Source: an uncultured Veillonellaceae bacterium
GTDB lineage: Bacteria; Bacillota; Negativicutes; JARBTT01
Assembly (NCBI GenBank): GCA_963805085.1
Contig: CAWDTA010000003.1
Location: 224,001-288,000, forward strand
Direction: 5' to 3'
Length of the DNA stretch: 64,000 bases
Each line of letters begins with the position of its first letter. The stretch's first letter is position 1. The notes beneath the pieces are model-generated. The model did not search any database and was not told where the DNA came from. It saw only the letters and a list, made by a program, of their open reading frames with translations. Below, piece after piece: positions 35,410 to 45,764 of this stretch. Made by a program: the position numbers and the translations under genes.

Positions 35410-36639
35410 GTGCGTTTGAAACCTGTATCTGACATAAACAAGAAAAAAATTGTTACTAAATCTAATTGGAGTTTATTGATGGGTGCGGCCTTTTTAATGG
35501 CAACATCAGCTATCGGTCCAGGATTTTTAACGCAAACAACAGTATTCACACAACAATTAGCGGCGAGTTTTGGCTTTGTTATTTTAATGTCGATTTTTTT
35601 TGATGTTGGTGCGCAATTAAATGTATGGCGTATTATTGCCGTTGCCGAAAAACGTGGTCAAGATATTGCGAATATGGTTTTCCCGGGGCTTGGTTATTTT
35701 GTTACTTTATTGGTTGTTGCCGGCGGATTGGCGTTTAATATTGGTAATATCGCTGGAGCTGGTCTTGGCTTTAACGTATTGTTTGGAATTTCTCCGATTA
35801 CTGGGGCTGTTATCAGTGCTGTGATTGCAATTGCTATCTTCCTCAGTAAAGAAGCTGGTAAGGCGATGGATAGATTTACACAAATTGCTGGGATTGTCAT
35901 GATTGCTCTTACCGTTTATGTAGCTATCGTAGCTTCGCCACCAGTTGGTGAGGCTGTGGCAAAAAGTTTTATGCCTGATAAAATTGATATGATGTCGATT
36001 ATTACGTTAGTTGGTGGTACTGTTGGTGGATACATCACATTTGCCGGCGGACATCGCTTGCTTGATGCAGGGATAAAAGGGGTAGAAGCACTACCGGAAG
36101 TTACGCGTAGTTCGATTATTGGTGTCGTTGTTACAGGAATTATGCGTGTAGTATTATTCTTAGCAGCTTTAGGTGTAGTTGCGAATGGATTGCAAATTGA
36201 TATGGCAAATCCACCAGCATCAGTATTTAAATTGGCATCCGGTGAATTTGGTTATAAAATATTTGGTTTAGTAATGTGGGGGGCTTCAATTACTTCGGTT
36301 ATTGGTGCGGCCTATACTTCGGTGTCGTTTATTCGTACATTCCATATAAGTTTTGAGAAAAATTACAAATGGATTATCATTGGGTTTATAATTATATCAA
36401 CAGTGGTATTTGTAATCGTTGGTCAGCCAGTAAAAATATTGATTTTAGTTGGCGCTTTAAATGGTTTGATTTTACCCATTACGCTAGGAACTTTGTTAAT
36501 AGCGGTTTACAAAAAAAGTATCGTTGGGGATTATCATCATCCACTTTGGATGACAATCTTCGGTGTTATCGTAGTCGTACTGATGACCTATATGGGTGGC
36601 TTTACTTTAATCAATCAGTTGCCAAAATTATTTTCGTAG
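35410..36639 (+). CDS. NRAMP-family (YcsG-like) membrane transporter, probably for 5-oxoproline
   Basis: GAAFLMATSAIGPGFLTQT motif, many transmembrane helices, pxp operon context. Confidence 0.88.
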   Translation: MRLKPVSDINKKKIVTKSNWSLLMGAAFLMATSAIGPGFLTQTTVFTQQLAASFGFVILMSIFFDVGAQLNVWRIIAVAEKRGQDIANMVFPGLGYFVTLLVVAGGLAFNIGNIAGAGLGFNVLFGISPITGAVISAVIAIAIFLSKEAGKAMDRFTQIAGIVMIALTVYVAIVASPPVGEAVAKSFMPDKIDMMSIITLVGGTVGGYITFAGGHRLLDAGIKGVEALPEVTRSSIIGVVVTGIMRVVLFLAALGVVANGLQIDMANPPASVFKLASGEFGYKIFGLVMWGASITSVIGAAYTSVSFIRTFHISFEKNYKWIIIGFIIISTVVFVIVGQPVKILILVGALNGLILPITLGTLLIAVYKKSIVGDYHHPLWMTIFGVIVVVLMTYMGGFTLINQLPKLFS

Positions 36640-36666
36640 TTTGATAAAAATAGAGGGGATGTTTAA

Positions 36667-37458
36667 ATGGCAGATATTTTAAATTTGAGTCCTGAAGCGG
36701 CGCGCTTGATGATTCGTAACAATGAATGGTTAAACCCTACTTCTGGTATGGCAAAGGGGTATACACAAGCGAATTTGGCAATTATGAAGAAGGAGTTGGC
36801 CTTTGACTTTTTGTTATTCTGTCAGAGAAATCCGAAACCATGTCCGATTATTGATGTGACCGAACCAGGCTCACCAATTCCAGCCATGGTTGCACCAACG
36901 GCTGATATTCGCACGGATATTCCAAAATATCGCATCTATCGTCATGGGGTAATGACAGAAGAAGTAACTGATATTAAAAAATATTGGGAAGATGATATGG
37001 TAGCTTTTTTACTAGGGTGTAGCTTTACCTTTGAATTTCCGATGATGAACAACGGGATTAGTGTTCGTCATATTGAAGAAAAATGTAATGTACCAATGTT
37101 TAAAACCAATATAGAGTGTACAAAAGCAGGGCGTTTCTCTGGTCCAATGGTGGTGAGTATGCGCCCGATTCCTGAAAAGGATGTTGTGCGTGCTGTGCAA
37201 GTGACTTCTAGGTTCCCATCGGTTCACGGAGCGCCAGTACATATTGGTAATCCTAGCAGCATTGGAATTAAGGATATTTTTAAACCTGACTTTGGTGATC
37301 CAGTAACCGTAAATCCTGGTGAAGTTCCAGTGTTTTGGGCTTGCGGTGTGACACCACAGGCAGCGGCGATGCGTGTAAAACCAGAACTTATGATTACACA
37401 TGCACCGGGGTATATGTTTATCACAGATGTTCGTGATGAGCAATACGGTGTTTTGTAA
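36667..37458 (+). CDS. YcsI/DUF1445 putative hydro-lyase (D-glutamate cyclase family)
   Basis: [28 protein letters not shown] and THAPG motifs. Confidence 0.9.
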   Translation: MADILNLSPEAARLMIRNNEWLNPTSGMAKGYTQANLAIMKKELAFDFLLFCQRNPKPCPIIDVTEPGSPIPAMVAPTADIRTDIPKYRIYRHGVMTEEVTDIKKYWEDDMVAFLLGCSFTFEFPMMNNGISVRHIEEKCNVPMFKTNIECTKAGRFSGPMVVSMRPIPEKDVVRAVQVTSRFPSVHGAPVHIGNPSSIGIKDIFKPDFGDPVTVNPGEVPVFWACGVTPQAAAMRVKPELMITHAPGYMFITDVRDEQYGVL

Positions 37459-37529
37459 CAGTTAAAAGTAAATATAACTGACGGTGGAAAAGTTTCTATC
37501 GTCAGTTATTTTCATATGAAAGACGTGAG

Positions 37530-38285
37530 GTGACGATGGTGAGCGTAACAAAAGAGCTATCAGTAGACATGTATCCTTTAGGTGAAAATGCAATTATGGT
37601 CGAGTTTGGCAAGTGCATTCATCCCGATATCAATCGTAAAGTTATGGCCCTTGTGGAGTATCTTGAACAGCATCCATTTGAGGGAATGCTTGAATATATA
37701 TCAGCGTATAAAAATGTAACAATTTTTTATGATCCTTTATTGGTTAATGTAGTACCAATTGAAGTTGAAGCTGGCGAAATGCCGCTTTCTTATCGTAAGA
37801 TGGTGCAGTTTATCGAGGAAGTATTGAAAACGATTGATATGAACAAAGCGGGGCTGGCAAGTATTGTTGAGCTTCCAGTTTGTTACGGCGGTGAATTTGG
37901 CCCAGATCTTGCATTTGTTGCTAAGCATAATCAGTTATCCACACAAGAAGTGATCGATATCCACAGTAGTGGCGAGTATCTTGTGTATATGATCGGTTTT
38001 GCTCCGGGGTTTCCGTTCCTTGGCGGCATGTCGGAAAAGATTGCAACGCCAAGACGTTCCTCGCCACGCCTTGCTATTCCCGTTGGTAGTGTTGGGATTG
38101 CGGGCAGTCAAACGGGGGCGTATCCAATTGAAACACCGGGCGGGTGGCAGTTGATTGGTCGCACGCCGGTAGAACTGTTTTGTCCACAGAATAATCCACC
38201 AACCTTACTACACGCCGGCAATATTATAAAATTTAAGCCGATTACGCTGGAAGAATATCAAGCAATAAAGGGGGCTAACAAATGA
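37530..38285 (+). CDS. pxpB: 5-oxoprolinase subunit B (KipI family)
   Basis: PVCYGGEFGPDL, GFAPGFPFLGG and PGGWQLIGRTP motifs. Confidence 0.93.
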   Translation: MTMVSVTKELSVDMYPLGENAIMVEFGKCIHPDINRKVMALVEYLEQHPFEGMLEYISAYKNVTIFYDPLLVNVVPIEVEAGEMPLSYRKMVQFIEEVLKTIDMNKAGLASIVELPVCYGGEFGPDLAFVAKHNQLSTQEVIDIHSSGEYLVYMIGFAPGFPFLGGMSEKIATPRRSSPRLAIPVGSVGIAGSQTGAYPIETPGGWQLIGRTPVELFCPQNNPPTLLHAGNIIKFKPITLEEYQAIKGANK

Positions 38286-39289
38286 GCATCAAAGTCATTA
38301 GCCCAGGTCTTTTGACGACAATACAAGATTACGGTCGTACTGGCTATCAAAAACACGGGATCATTGCGAGTGGCGTTATGGATCGTTATTCCTTTCGAAT
38401 TGCTAATATTTTAGTAGACAATGATGAAAATGAAGGCGTCTTGGAAATAACCTTTATGGGTCCAGCGCTCTCTTTTCAAGCAGATACACTCATTACAATT
38501 ACCGGTGGTGACTTATCGCCAAATATCAATGGTGAATCAGTACCGATGTGGCGACCTGTCCTAGTGAAAAAGGATAGCGTGCTTAGCTTTGGAATGATGA
38601 AAGCTGGCGCAAGGGCGTATTTAGCAGTTGCTGGTGGCTTTGATATTCCTATTGTTATGGGCAGTAAGAGTACCTATATAAGGGCGGGGCTCGGTGGCTT
38701 CAAAGGGCGTGCGCTAGCCAAAGAAGATCTACTTTCAACACTGCAAACTAAGCCTCACCTAGATAAATTTAAAGCAGAGCTTAGCAAACAATCTGAACAG
38801 GGCTCTTTTGTTACCACATCGTGGTTCTTTGCCCCAACGCATATTCCAGCTACGAGTGAAAATATCGCCGTAAGGGTAACGCGGGGGAATCAAATCAATC
38901 ATTTTACGGATGAGTCTATCCATGAATTTTTCCGTAAATCGTATACCGTTACGCCGCAGTCAGATCGCATGGGATATCGCTTAACTGGAGAGGTAGTAAA
39001 ACTTAAGGCGCCACTGGAAATGATTTCGGAAGCAGTTTCCTTTGGTACGATTCAAGCGCCACCAGATGGCAACCCCATTATTTTGCTTGCCGATCGCCAA
39101 ACAGCCGGTGGTTATCCGAAATTTGCGCAAGTAACAGTCTTTGATCTAGCAGTGATTGCGCAGATTTGTCCCGGCAATACAATCGCATTTGTTGAAGTAT
39201 CTTTAAAAGAAGCGGAAGCTTTATATTTGCGAAGAGAAGCCGAGATGAAAGAAATAAAACAGGCAATCAAATTTTATTTAAAAGCGTAA
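38282..39289 (+). CDS. pxpC: 5-oxoprolinase subunit C (KipA family)
   Basis: PGLLTTIQDYGR, SDRMGYRL and DRQTAGGYPK motifs; start overlaps the pxpB stop. Confidence 0.93.
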   Translation: MSIKVISPGLLTTIQDYGRTGYQKHGIIASGVMDRYSFRIANILVDNDENEGVLEITFMGPALSFQADTLITITGGDLSPNINGESVPMWRPVLVKKDSVLSFGMMKAGARAYLAVAGGFDIPIVMGSKSTYIRAGLGGFKGRALAKEDLLSTLQTKPHLDKFKAELSKQSEQGSFVTTSWFFAPTHIPATSENIAVRVTRGNQINHFTDESIHEFFRKSYTVTPQSDRMGYRLTGEVVKLKAPLEMISEAVSFGTIQAPPDGNPIILLADRQTAGGYPKFAQVTVFDLAVIAQICPGNTIAFVEVSLKEAEALYLRREAEMKEIKQAIKFYLKA

Positions 39290-39309
39290 TGCAATATAGT
39301 TCGTTAAAT

Positions 39310-39347
39310 GAAAAGAGCAATCACCGGGCAGAGTGATTGCTCTTTTC
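39310..39347. terminator. Bidirectional terminator after pxpC
   Basis: Perfect inverted repeat gaaaagagcaatcac / gtgattgctcttttc. Confidence 0.8.
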
Positions 39348-39449
39348 TCTATACGAGGGGGTATATTATTTTTATCACAAAGCAGCGATAAGAGCAGGGG
39401 ATGCTCACGGGTTTGTGATAAATAATAATCAAAAAGGAATAAAAAATAA

Positions 39450-39500
39450 AAGATAAAAGATGCCATGAGAGTAGTCTCCCACAGCATCTTTGCTTTTATG
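39450..39500 (-). ncRNA. Candidate ~50-nt small RNA
   Basis: Minus-strand TTGACA-17-TATACT promoter (39535-39507), then a 13-bp hairpin with G-U pairs (GATGCTGTGGGAG/CTCTCATGGCATC) and a T tract. Confidence 0.45.
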
Positions 39501-39569
39501 AATATAAGTATAATAATCTATTGGAAAATTGTCAATGAATTCATTGTAAAGTTGTAAACTTTTAATGTG

Positions 39570-40160
39570 CTAACTAATTCGTTTACTCGCTAAAACTTTT
39601 TTGCAGAAATACTTGTGAAAAGATAGATCATCCGTCAATTCTGGATGAAAAGCAGTAACCAGCATATTGTCTTGTTCAGCAGCAACGATTTTATCAGCCA
39701 CTTTGGCAAGGATGGTTACATCACCTTTTATGCTTTTTACATAAGGAGCACGAATGAAGATGAGTGGAATTGGCGTAGCGGCAATCTCTGGTAGGTCAAT
39801 GGTGGTCTGAAAGCTATCAAGTTGACTGCCGTAAGCATTGCGTTTTACAACTGTATCCATCGCTTTAAAATACGTAGTGTCTTGGCCTACGATTTCTTTA
39901 GCGAGTAGAATCATCCCAGCGCAAGTACCCCAGACGGGTAAGCCTTTCTTGATTTTTTCGGCAAGTGGTTCTAACATCTGAAAGTAGTTTAGTATTTTTC
40001 CTATTGCCGTAGATTCGCCACCAGGGAGAATCAATCCATCAATTCGCTCGATTTCTTCCAAGGTTTTGACTTCAATCCCTTTTACATTTTCTATTTTATT
40101 GAGGGCAGCAACATGTTCGGCTACGGCTCCTTGAATTGCTAGTACGCCAACAGTAATCAT
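39570..40160 (-). CDS. pdxT: PLP synthase glutaminase subunit
   Basis: GVLAIQGAVAEH, LPGGEST, GTCAGMILL and FHPELT motifs. Confidence 0.96.
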   Translation of the reverse strand: MITVGVLAIQGAVAEHVAALNKIENVKGIEVKTLEEIERIDGLILPGGESTAIGKILNYFQMLEPLAEKIKKGLPVWGTCAGMILLAKEIVGQDTTYFKAMDTVVKRNAYGSQLDSFQTTIDLPEIAATPIPLIFIRAPYVKSIKGDVTILAKVADKIVAAEQDNMLVTAFHPELTDDLSFHKYFCKKVLASKRIS

Positions 40161-40163
40161 TGT

Positions 40164-41042
40164 TTACCAGCCTCTGCTTGCGAGTAATTCCGTTGGTGCT
40201 AATGTATCAATTTCAATACCGACCATTGCTTCCCCAAGGTCTTCGGATATTTTTGCAAGCTTAACAGGATCATTGTAGAATGTCGTTGCTTCGACAATTG
40301 CTTTTGCTCGTTTTACTGGATCGCCAGATTTAAAGATACCAGAGCCAACGAAAACGCCATCAACGCCAAGTTGCATCATAAGTGCTGCATCGGCAGGTGT
40401 TGCAATACCACCAGCGGCAAAATTTACGACTGGTAATTTACCATGTTCATGAATGTACTTGATTAAATCGTATGGTGCACCGTATTCTTTGGCAATTGTC
40501 ATAAGTTCCATTGCGGAAGCAGCTTGTACACGACGCATATCATTGACCATGGTGCGCATATGACGAACTGCTTCGACAACGTTGCCAGTGCCAGCTTCGC
40601 CTTTTGTACGGATCATTGAAGCACCTTCACCGATACGGCGTAAGGCTTCACCAAGATTTCTTGCTCCGCAAACGAAGGGAATTTTAAATTCAGCTTTATT
40701 GATATGATTTACATCATCAGCTGGCGTTAACACTTCGCTTTCATCAATATAATCGACGCTAATCGCTTCAAGAATTTGCGCTTCGACGAAATGACCGATG
40801 CGCACTTTTGCCATTACCGGAATCGATACGGCTGCTTGGATTTCACGAATCATTTTTGGATCAGACATGCGGGCAACGCCGCCTTCTTTACGGATATCAG
40901 CAGGAACGCGTTCTAGGGCCATTACAGCAACAGCACCAGCAGCTTCCGCAATTTTTGCTTGCTCAGCGTTCGTAACATCCATAATTACGCCACCTTTTAA
41001 CATTTGAGCCAAGTTCTTGTTTAATTCATATCTGTTTTCCAT
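40164..41042 (-). CDS. pdxS: PLP synthase lyase subunit
   Basis: [20 protein letters not shown] and [12 protein letters not shown] motifs; start MENRYE at 41042 with a GAGGT RBS. Confidence 0.97.
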   Translation of the reverse strand: MENRYELNKNLAQMLKGGVIMDVTNAEQAKIAEAAGAVAVMALERVPADIRKEGGVARMSDPKMIREIQAAVSIPVMAKVRIGHFVEAQILEAISVDYIDESEVLTPADDVNHINKAEFKIPFVCGARNLGEALRRIGEGASMIRTKGEAGTGNVVEAVRHMRTMVNDMRRVQAASAMELMTIAKEYGAPYDLIKYIHEHGKLPVVNFAAGGIATPADAALMMQLGVDGVFVGSGIFKSGDPVKRAKAIVEATTFYNDPVKLAKISEDLGEAMVGIEIDTLAPTELLASRGW

Positions 41043-41170
41043 GTAAAAATACCTCACTTTAATTTGTAATATTATCGTAAATTTGTTAAAATAAAAATTG
41101 TACCGATACACTTTTGGGTGTTTGGTATGAAATTTTTATTATTCTATCAAAGTCAAATGGAGATTACAAG

Positions 41171-42604
41171 ATGACAGAGCAATTTATCAATTTTGTATCG
41201 ATACAATTAAGCAAAGACAAACAAGAAGCATTATACGTGCAGCTTTATGATCAAATGCGTGAACTGATTGCTACAGGCAAACTCTCACATGGTTATTTAT
41301 TGCCGCCGGTAAGAAAGTTTGCTAAGTTTCTCGAAATTAATGCAGGAACGGTCATGAGCGCTTATAAGCAACTTGAAAAAAATGGCTATATCTTTTCGCG
41401 TGCTGGTAGTGGCAGTTATGTTGCTGAGCTTTCAAGTGTCGTTGACAATGAAGAGTGTGATGATAAAGAAGAAGAAATTGATGCAATCGAAATTCTATCG
41501 CCAAAGTTTGATGATAAATATATTAATTTGGCGAGTATTGCATTAAATCCTGATTTGATATCAGTAGAGGCTTTTAAACAAGTTTTGATTGAGGTACTTG
41601 ATCGGGATCAAGGCTATGCGTTTGGCTATCAAGAAAGTCAGGGCTTTTATCCACTACGCGAATCGATTGCGGAAGATTTAAAACGGTATGGCGTAAAAGC
41701 GGAAGCTAGTAATATGCAAATCATTTCTGGGGCGCAGCAGGGGATCGATATCGTAGCAAAGGCTTTACTCAATTACGGTGATTATGTTTTTACTGAGAAT
41801 CCTACTTATCCGGGGGCGATTGCAGCCTTTCGTTCACGTGGGGCAAAAATTGTGGAAATCGGCATGGAAGAAGACGGCATTCACATTGAAGAGCTCGAAG
41901 CGAAGTTGCGGAAATTTCGTCCGAAACTCATTTATGTTATGCCCAATATTCAAAATCCTACGGGTACTTCTTATTCTGTGGCCAAACGTAATCGTTTGAT
42001 GGGCTTGGCACGTTATTATAATGCGATCATTTTAGAAGATGATTACATCAGTGAACTAAACTATAGCAAAGAACCGATGGCACCGCTCAAGGCGATTGAT
42101 CGTGATGATCGTGTGATTTACTTAAAGAGTTTTTCAAAAATCTTTATGCCTGGGTTACGCTTGGCTTTCTTAACGATGCCACAACGTTTGATTGGTAAGT
42201 TACTTGCGATCAAGCATAACTCTGATATTTCTACCTCAGGACTCACGCAGCGCGCCTTTGATCTGTATTTGCGCAAAGGGATTTGGCATGAGCATATTAC
42301 AGCAATAAGAAAGATGTATTTAGAGCGTTTTCAATTAACAGTAGCAGCCATTGAGGAATTCCTGCCCAAAACGGTGCAGTACATCAAACCGCAGGGGGGC
42401 TTATCGATTTGGTTAACTTTGTCGGCAGGACTATCGGCGAAAGTAGTTGTTGAAGAGGCACGTAAAAGGCAAGTGCTAATCACAGAAGGCACGCCATTTT
42501 TCCCGCGGCAAGCGATTGACAGCCATATCAGAATTAGTTTTGCTACCGCGACATCAGTAGAAATTCATAATGGTGTTCATATTATCGGCAATATCTTAAA
42601 ATAA
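41171..42604 (+). CDS. pdxR: MocR/GabR-family regulator (GntR HTH + PLP aminotransferase domain), divergent from pdxST
   Basis: N-terminal GntR winged helix; QNPTG, EDDY and SFSKIFMPGLR motifs; divergent arrangement with pdxS. Confidence 0.85.
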   Translation: MTEQFINFVSIQLSKDKQEALYVQLYDQMRELIATGKLSHGYLLPPVRKFAKFLEINAGTVMSAYKQLEKNGYIFSRAGSGSYVAELSSVVDNEECDDKEEEIDAIEILSPKFDDKYINLASIALNPDLISVEAFKQVLIEVLDRDQGYAFGYQESQGFYPLRESIAEDLKRYGVKAEASNMQIISGAQQGIDIVAKALLNYGDYVFTENPTYPGAIAAFRSRGAKIVEIGMEEDGIHIEELEAKLRKFRPKLIYVMPNIQNPTGTSYSVAKRNRLMGLARYYNAIILEDDYISELNYSKEPMAPLKAIDRDDRVIYLKSFSKIFMPGLRLAFLTMPQRLIGKLLAIKHNSDISTSGLTQRAFDLYLRKGIWHEHITAIRKMYLERFQLTVAAIEEFLPKTVQYIKPQGGLSIWLTLSAGLSAKVVVEEARKRQVLITEGTPFFPRQAIDSHIRISFATATSVEIHNGVHIIGNILK

Positions 42605-42787
42605 AAACTCAAATTTAAAATAATTAGCTCTATAGCGGAATCGTGAGTTTTAACGAGCTAGGTAAAGCAAACATATTTTATTTTTTTACAAATGCATCAT
42701 TTTAAAGGTTTCCTGTTTTAGCGAACTAAAGTATAATCTTATGTATGAGATAGAAAAGGACTAAAATGTGAGTGGGGGATTTTTTAC

Positions 42788-43573
42788 ATGAAGAAATTAG
42801 TTGCATTGCTCTTATTGGTTGTTATGGCTGGGGCATTAGTTGCTGGTTGTGGCGCTGACACTGCTAAAAAAGAAACAGCAAAGAAAAAAATTGTTGTTGG
42901 GCTGGATGATAACTTCCCACCAATGGGCTTTAAAGATGAAAAAAATAACATCGTTGGTTTCGATATTGATATGGCAAAAGAAGTTGCAAAAAGACTTGGC
43001 AGAGAAGTTGAATTTAAAGCGATCGACTGGAGCAGTAAAGAAGCTGAGCTGAAAAGCGGTCGTATTGATGTACTTTGGAATGGCTTAAACATCACTGAAA
43101 AACGTAAAGAAAATATGTTGTTTAGTGAACCGTACATGGAAGCAAAACAATTGATTTTCGTAAAAGTAGATTCGCCTATCAAAGGTGAAGCTGATTTAAC
43201 AGGTAAAGTCATTGGTATGCAAAGTGCAAGTGTAGCAGAAGAAAACCTTGATGCTGATGCAAAATTAAAAGCAGCAATCAAAGAAGCAAAAAAATATCCT
43301 GATTGCATTTCGGCAATGATGGATCTAGAAAATGGTCGTGTGGATGCAATTATTACGGATGAAATCGTTGGTCGTTATTATATGAGTAAAAATAAAGATA
43401 AATTCGTTGCTTTGGAACAACCCGTTGGTCCTGTGGGTAACTTTGGAATCGGCTATCGTAAAGATGACACAGGTTTAAAGACCGAGATTCAAGATGTACT
43501 TAATGAAATGAAAAAAGATGGTACAGCAGCGAAGATTTCAACGCAATGGTTCGGTAAGGATATTACTAAATAA
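42788..43573 (+). CDS. Polar amino-acid ABC transporter substrate-binding lipoprotein
   Basis: Lipobox LVAGC; GLDDNFPPMGF and GFDIDMA (SBP family 3). Confidence 0.92.
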   Translation: MKKLVALLLLVVMAGALVAGCGADTAKKETAKKKIVVGLDDNFPPMGFKDEKNNIVGFDIDMAKEVAKRLGREVEFKAIDWSSKEAELKSGRIDVLWNGLNITEKRKENMLFSEPYMEAKQLIFVKVDSPIKGEADLTGKVIGMQSASVAEENLDADAKLKAAIKEAKKYPDCISAMMDLENGRVDAIITDEIVGRYYMSKNKDKFVALEQPVGPVGNFGIGYRKDDTGLKTEIQDVLNEMKKDGTAAKISTQWFGKDITK

Positions 43574-43690
43574 ACTAGTACGAAGATAGGTTGTCGGTTG
43601 GCGAGAAGTGCTCAGATGCTAGGCGCAGCAACTTGCTGCAACGACGCAGATGGGTGCTTATCGTCTGCCTGCGGCCTATCTGTCCCATAG
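43571..43690. repeat. Palindromic REP/MITE-like intergenic element, short copy
   Basis: taaactagtacgaagatagg...cagatgctaggc...aacgacgcagatg...cctatctgtc; homologous to 47091-47253. Confidence 0.75.
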
Positions 43691-43772
43691 TATGTCTACA
43701 ATTTGAGGCTGCCGCAATGTAATTGCGGCAGCCCCTCTTCGTATAGTAAACTGGGTTTTAAGGAGAATCATC

Positions 43773-44417
43773 ATGGAAAAAATAATAGGAATGATAGTGC
43801 CGATGTTAGATGGTATCACCGTTACCTTGCAAGTCTTTTTTATTACACTGGCATTATCTTTGCCATTAGGATTGTTCTTGGCGCTGGCAAGACTTTCTAA
43901 GTATCGCTCAGTAAGCTTTTTAGTAGAAACTTATATTTGGTTGATGCGTGGGACACCGCTTATGCTACAATTGTTATTTGTTTATTTTGCGTTGCCATCA
44001 ATGGGAATTTTATTGCCTGATTTTGCGGCTGCGCTTTTGGCCTTTACCCTCAACTATGCCGCTTACTTTGCTGAAATTTTCCGCGCGGGGATTCAGTCAA
44101 TTGAGCGTGGACAATATGAAGCGTCCAAAGCTTTGGGGATGACGTATATTCAAACGATGCGCCGGATTATCATTCCGCAAATGATCAAACGTGTATTGCC
44201 ACCAGTAAGCAATGAAACGATCACCTTGGTTAAAGATACTTCTCTCATTTATATTTTAGCGATGAATGACTTGCTTCGTGTTGCCAGAACGATTGTACAA
44301 CGCGAATTTGATATGACCCCATTTGTGATTGCTGGTGTTTTCTACCTAGCAATGACCTTTGTTTTAACGTGGATTTTTAACAAGTTAGAATCACATTATG
44401 CGAAGTATGATGAGTAG
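43773..44417 (+). CDS. Amino-acid ABC transporter permease (HisM/GlnP family)
   Basis: RGTPL motif and EAA loop GQYEASKALG. Confidence 0.93.
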   Translation: MEKIIGMIVPMLDGITVTLQVFFITLALSLPLGLFLALARLSKYRSVSFLVETYIWLMRGTPLMLQLLFVYFALPSMGILLPDFAAALLAFTLNYAAYFAEIFRAGIQSIERGQYEASKALGMTYIQTMRRIIIPQMIKRVLPPVSNETITLVKDTSLIYILAMNDLLRVARTIVQREFDMTPFVIAGVFYLAMTFVLTWIFNKLESHYAKYDE

Positions 44418-44432
44418 GAAGGAGGCGTTAGC

Positions 44433-45194
44433 ATGAGTGAAACGATGATTGTATTACAAGATATTCATAAAAGTTTTAATCAATTAGACGTATTGAAGGG
44501 AATTAATCTCGAAGTCAGACGCGGTGAGGTCGTTGCGATTATTGGACCATCTGGTTCTGGGAAAAGTACGCTTCTACGTTGCCTAAATCGTCTTGAAACC
44601 ATCGATAAAGGTACTATTACGGTGGAAGGTGAGACTTTAGCCGAAGATGTCAATGGCGCATGCCATTACACGAGCGATGTAAAATCACGAGAAATTTGTG
44701 GAAAGATGGGGATGGTTTTTCAACATTTTAATTTATTTCCCCATATGACTGTACTTGAAAATTTAATCGAAGCACCTATTATGGTAAAAGGTATGAAACG
44801 TGAAGAAATTATACCGGTTGCCGAAGAATTGCTTAAAAAAGTTGGTTTATTTGATAAAAAAGATTGCTACCCTTCTCGTTTATCTGGAGGACAAAAACAA
44901 CGGGTGGCGATTGCCAGAGCGCTTGCAATGAATCCAGCGATTATGCTCTTTGATGAACCAACTTCGGCGCTTGATCCGGAACTTACTGGGGAAGTTCTGA
45001 AAACGATGCGCGAGCTTGCTGAGGAACACATGACCATGATTGTTGTGACGCATGAGATGGCTTTTGCACGTGAAGTAGCGCAAAAAGTGATTTTTATGGC
45101 TGATGGAGATATTGTAGAAGCGGGCGCACCAGTGGAATTATTTACGAATCCAAAGCAAGTGAGAACACAATCTTTTTTAAAGAATATGTTATAA
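44433..45194 (+). CDS. Amino-acid ABC transporter ATP-binding protein (GlnQ family)
   Basis: Walker A GPSGSGKS, signature [18 protein letters not shown]. Confidence 0.95.
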   Translation: MSETMIVLQDIHKSFNQLDVLKGINLEVRRGEVVAIIGPSGSGKSTLLRCLNRLETIDKGTITVEGETLAEDVNGACHYTSDVKSREICGKMGMVFQHFNLFPHMTVLENLIEAPIMVKGMKREEIIPVAEELLKKVGLFDKKDCYPSRLSGGQKQRVAIARALAMNPAIMLFDEPTSALDPELTGEVLKTMRELAEEHMTMIVVTHEMAFAREVAQKVIFMADGDIVEAGAPVELFTNPKQVRTQSFLKNML

Positions 45195-45283
45195 TTATAA
45201 TTAAAAAAGAAGCCGAATTTGCTAAATGATAGATAAAAATCGAGCTGTTTTTCAAAAACAGTTCGATTTTTTGTCGAAAGGTA

Positions 45284-45312
45284 TTGCAATATGATGCAAC
45301 ATGTTTTATAAT
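45284..45312 (+). promoter_or_regulatory. Sigma-A promoter upstream of the glycine riboswitch
   Basis: TTGCAA-17 bp-TATAAT. Confidence 0.7.
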
Positions 45313-45351
45313 AGTGTCCATTCAAGTGTTTCAGACAATTACATATGTATA

Positions 45352-45536
45352 CCGAATGAAGTCTACGGAAGAGTGGCAATTTTGCCCGCCGAAGGAGTAA
45401 CACTCTCAGGCACTCAATATTTTTTTGAGTAGAACCGTAGATGGACGGGACTCTGGAGAGGACTCTTAAATGAGTCGCCGAAGGTGAAAACAGGTAATGA
45501 ACATTACTTGCAAATCTCTCAGGCAAAAGGACAGAG
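45352..45536 (+). ncRNA. Tandem glycine riboswitch
   Basis: Two aptamers, each with GGA(A)GAG...CGCCGAAGG...CTCTCAGG, ending CAAAAGGACAGAG. Confidence 0.92.
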
Positions 45537-45631
45537 ACAAACGATACTATCTTGATGGATGAAATATTGCGTGTATTTTGAATTCATTATTGTTTATGCT
45601 ATCGTTTTGCCAGTATGCTGCTTCTTAAATT

Positions 45632-45666
45632 CAGAGTCAAGTCATTATGATTTGACTCTTTTTTAT
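45632..45666 (+). terminator. Leader terminator upstream of the first livK-like gene
   Basis: agagtcaagtcat-t-atgatttgactct followed by a T tract. Confidence 0.7.
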
Positions 45667-45764
45667 TTTTAAGTTGTTTGACTGCCCCTCTTAAACGTAC
45701 CTGCATATGTGTTGTTTGGCAAAGAATAGGATTGTATTTATTTGAGAAGAGGGGATTTTTTTTT

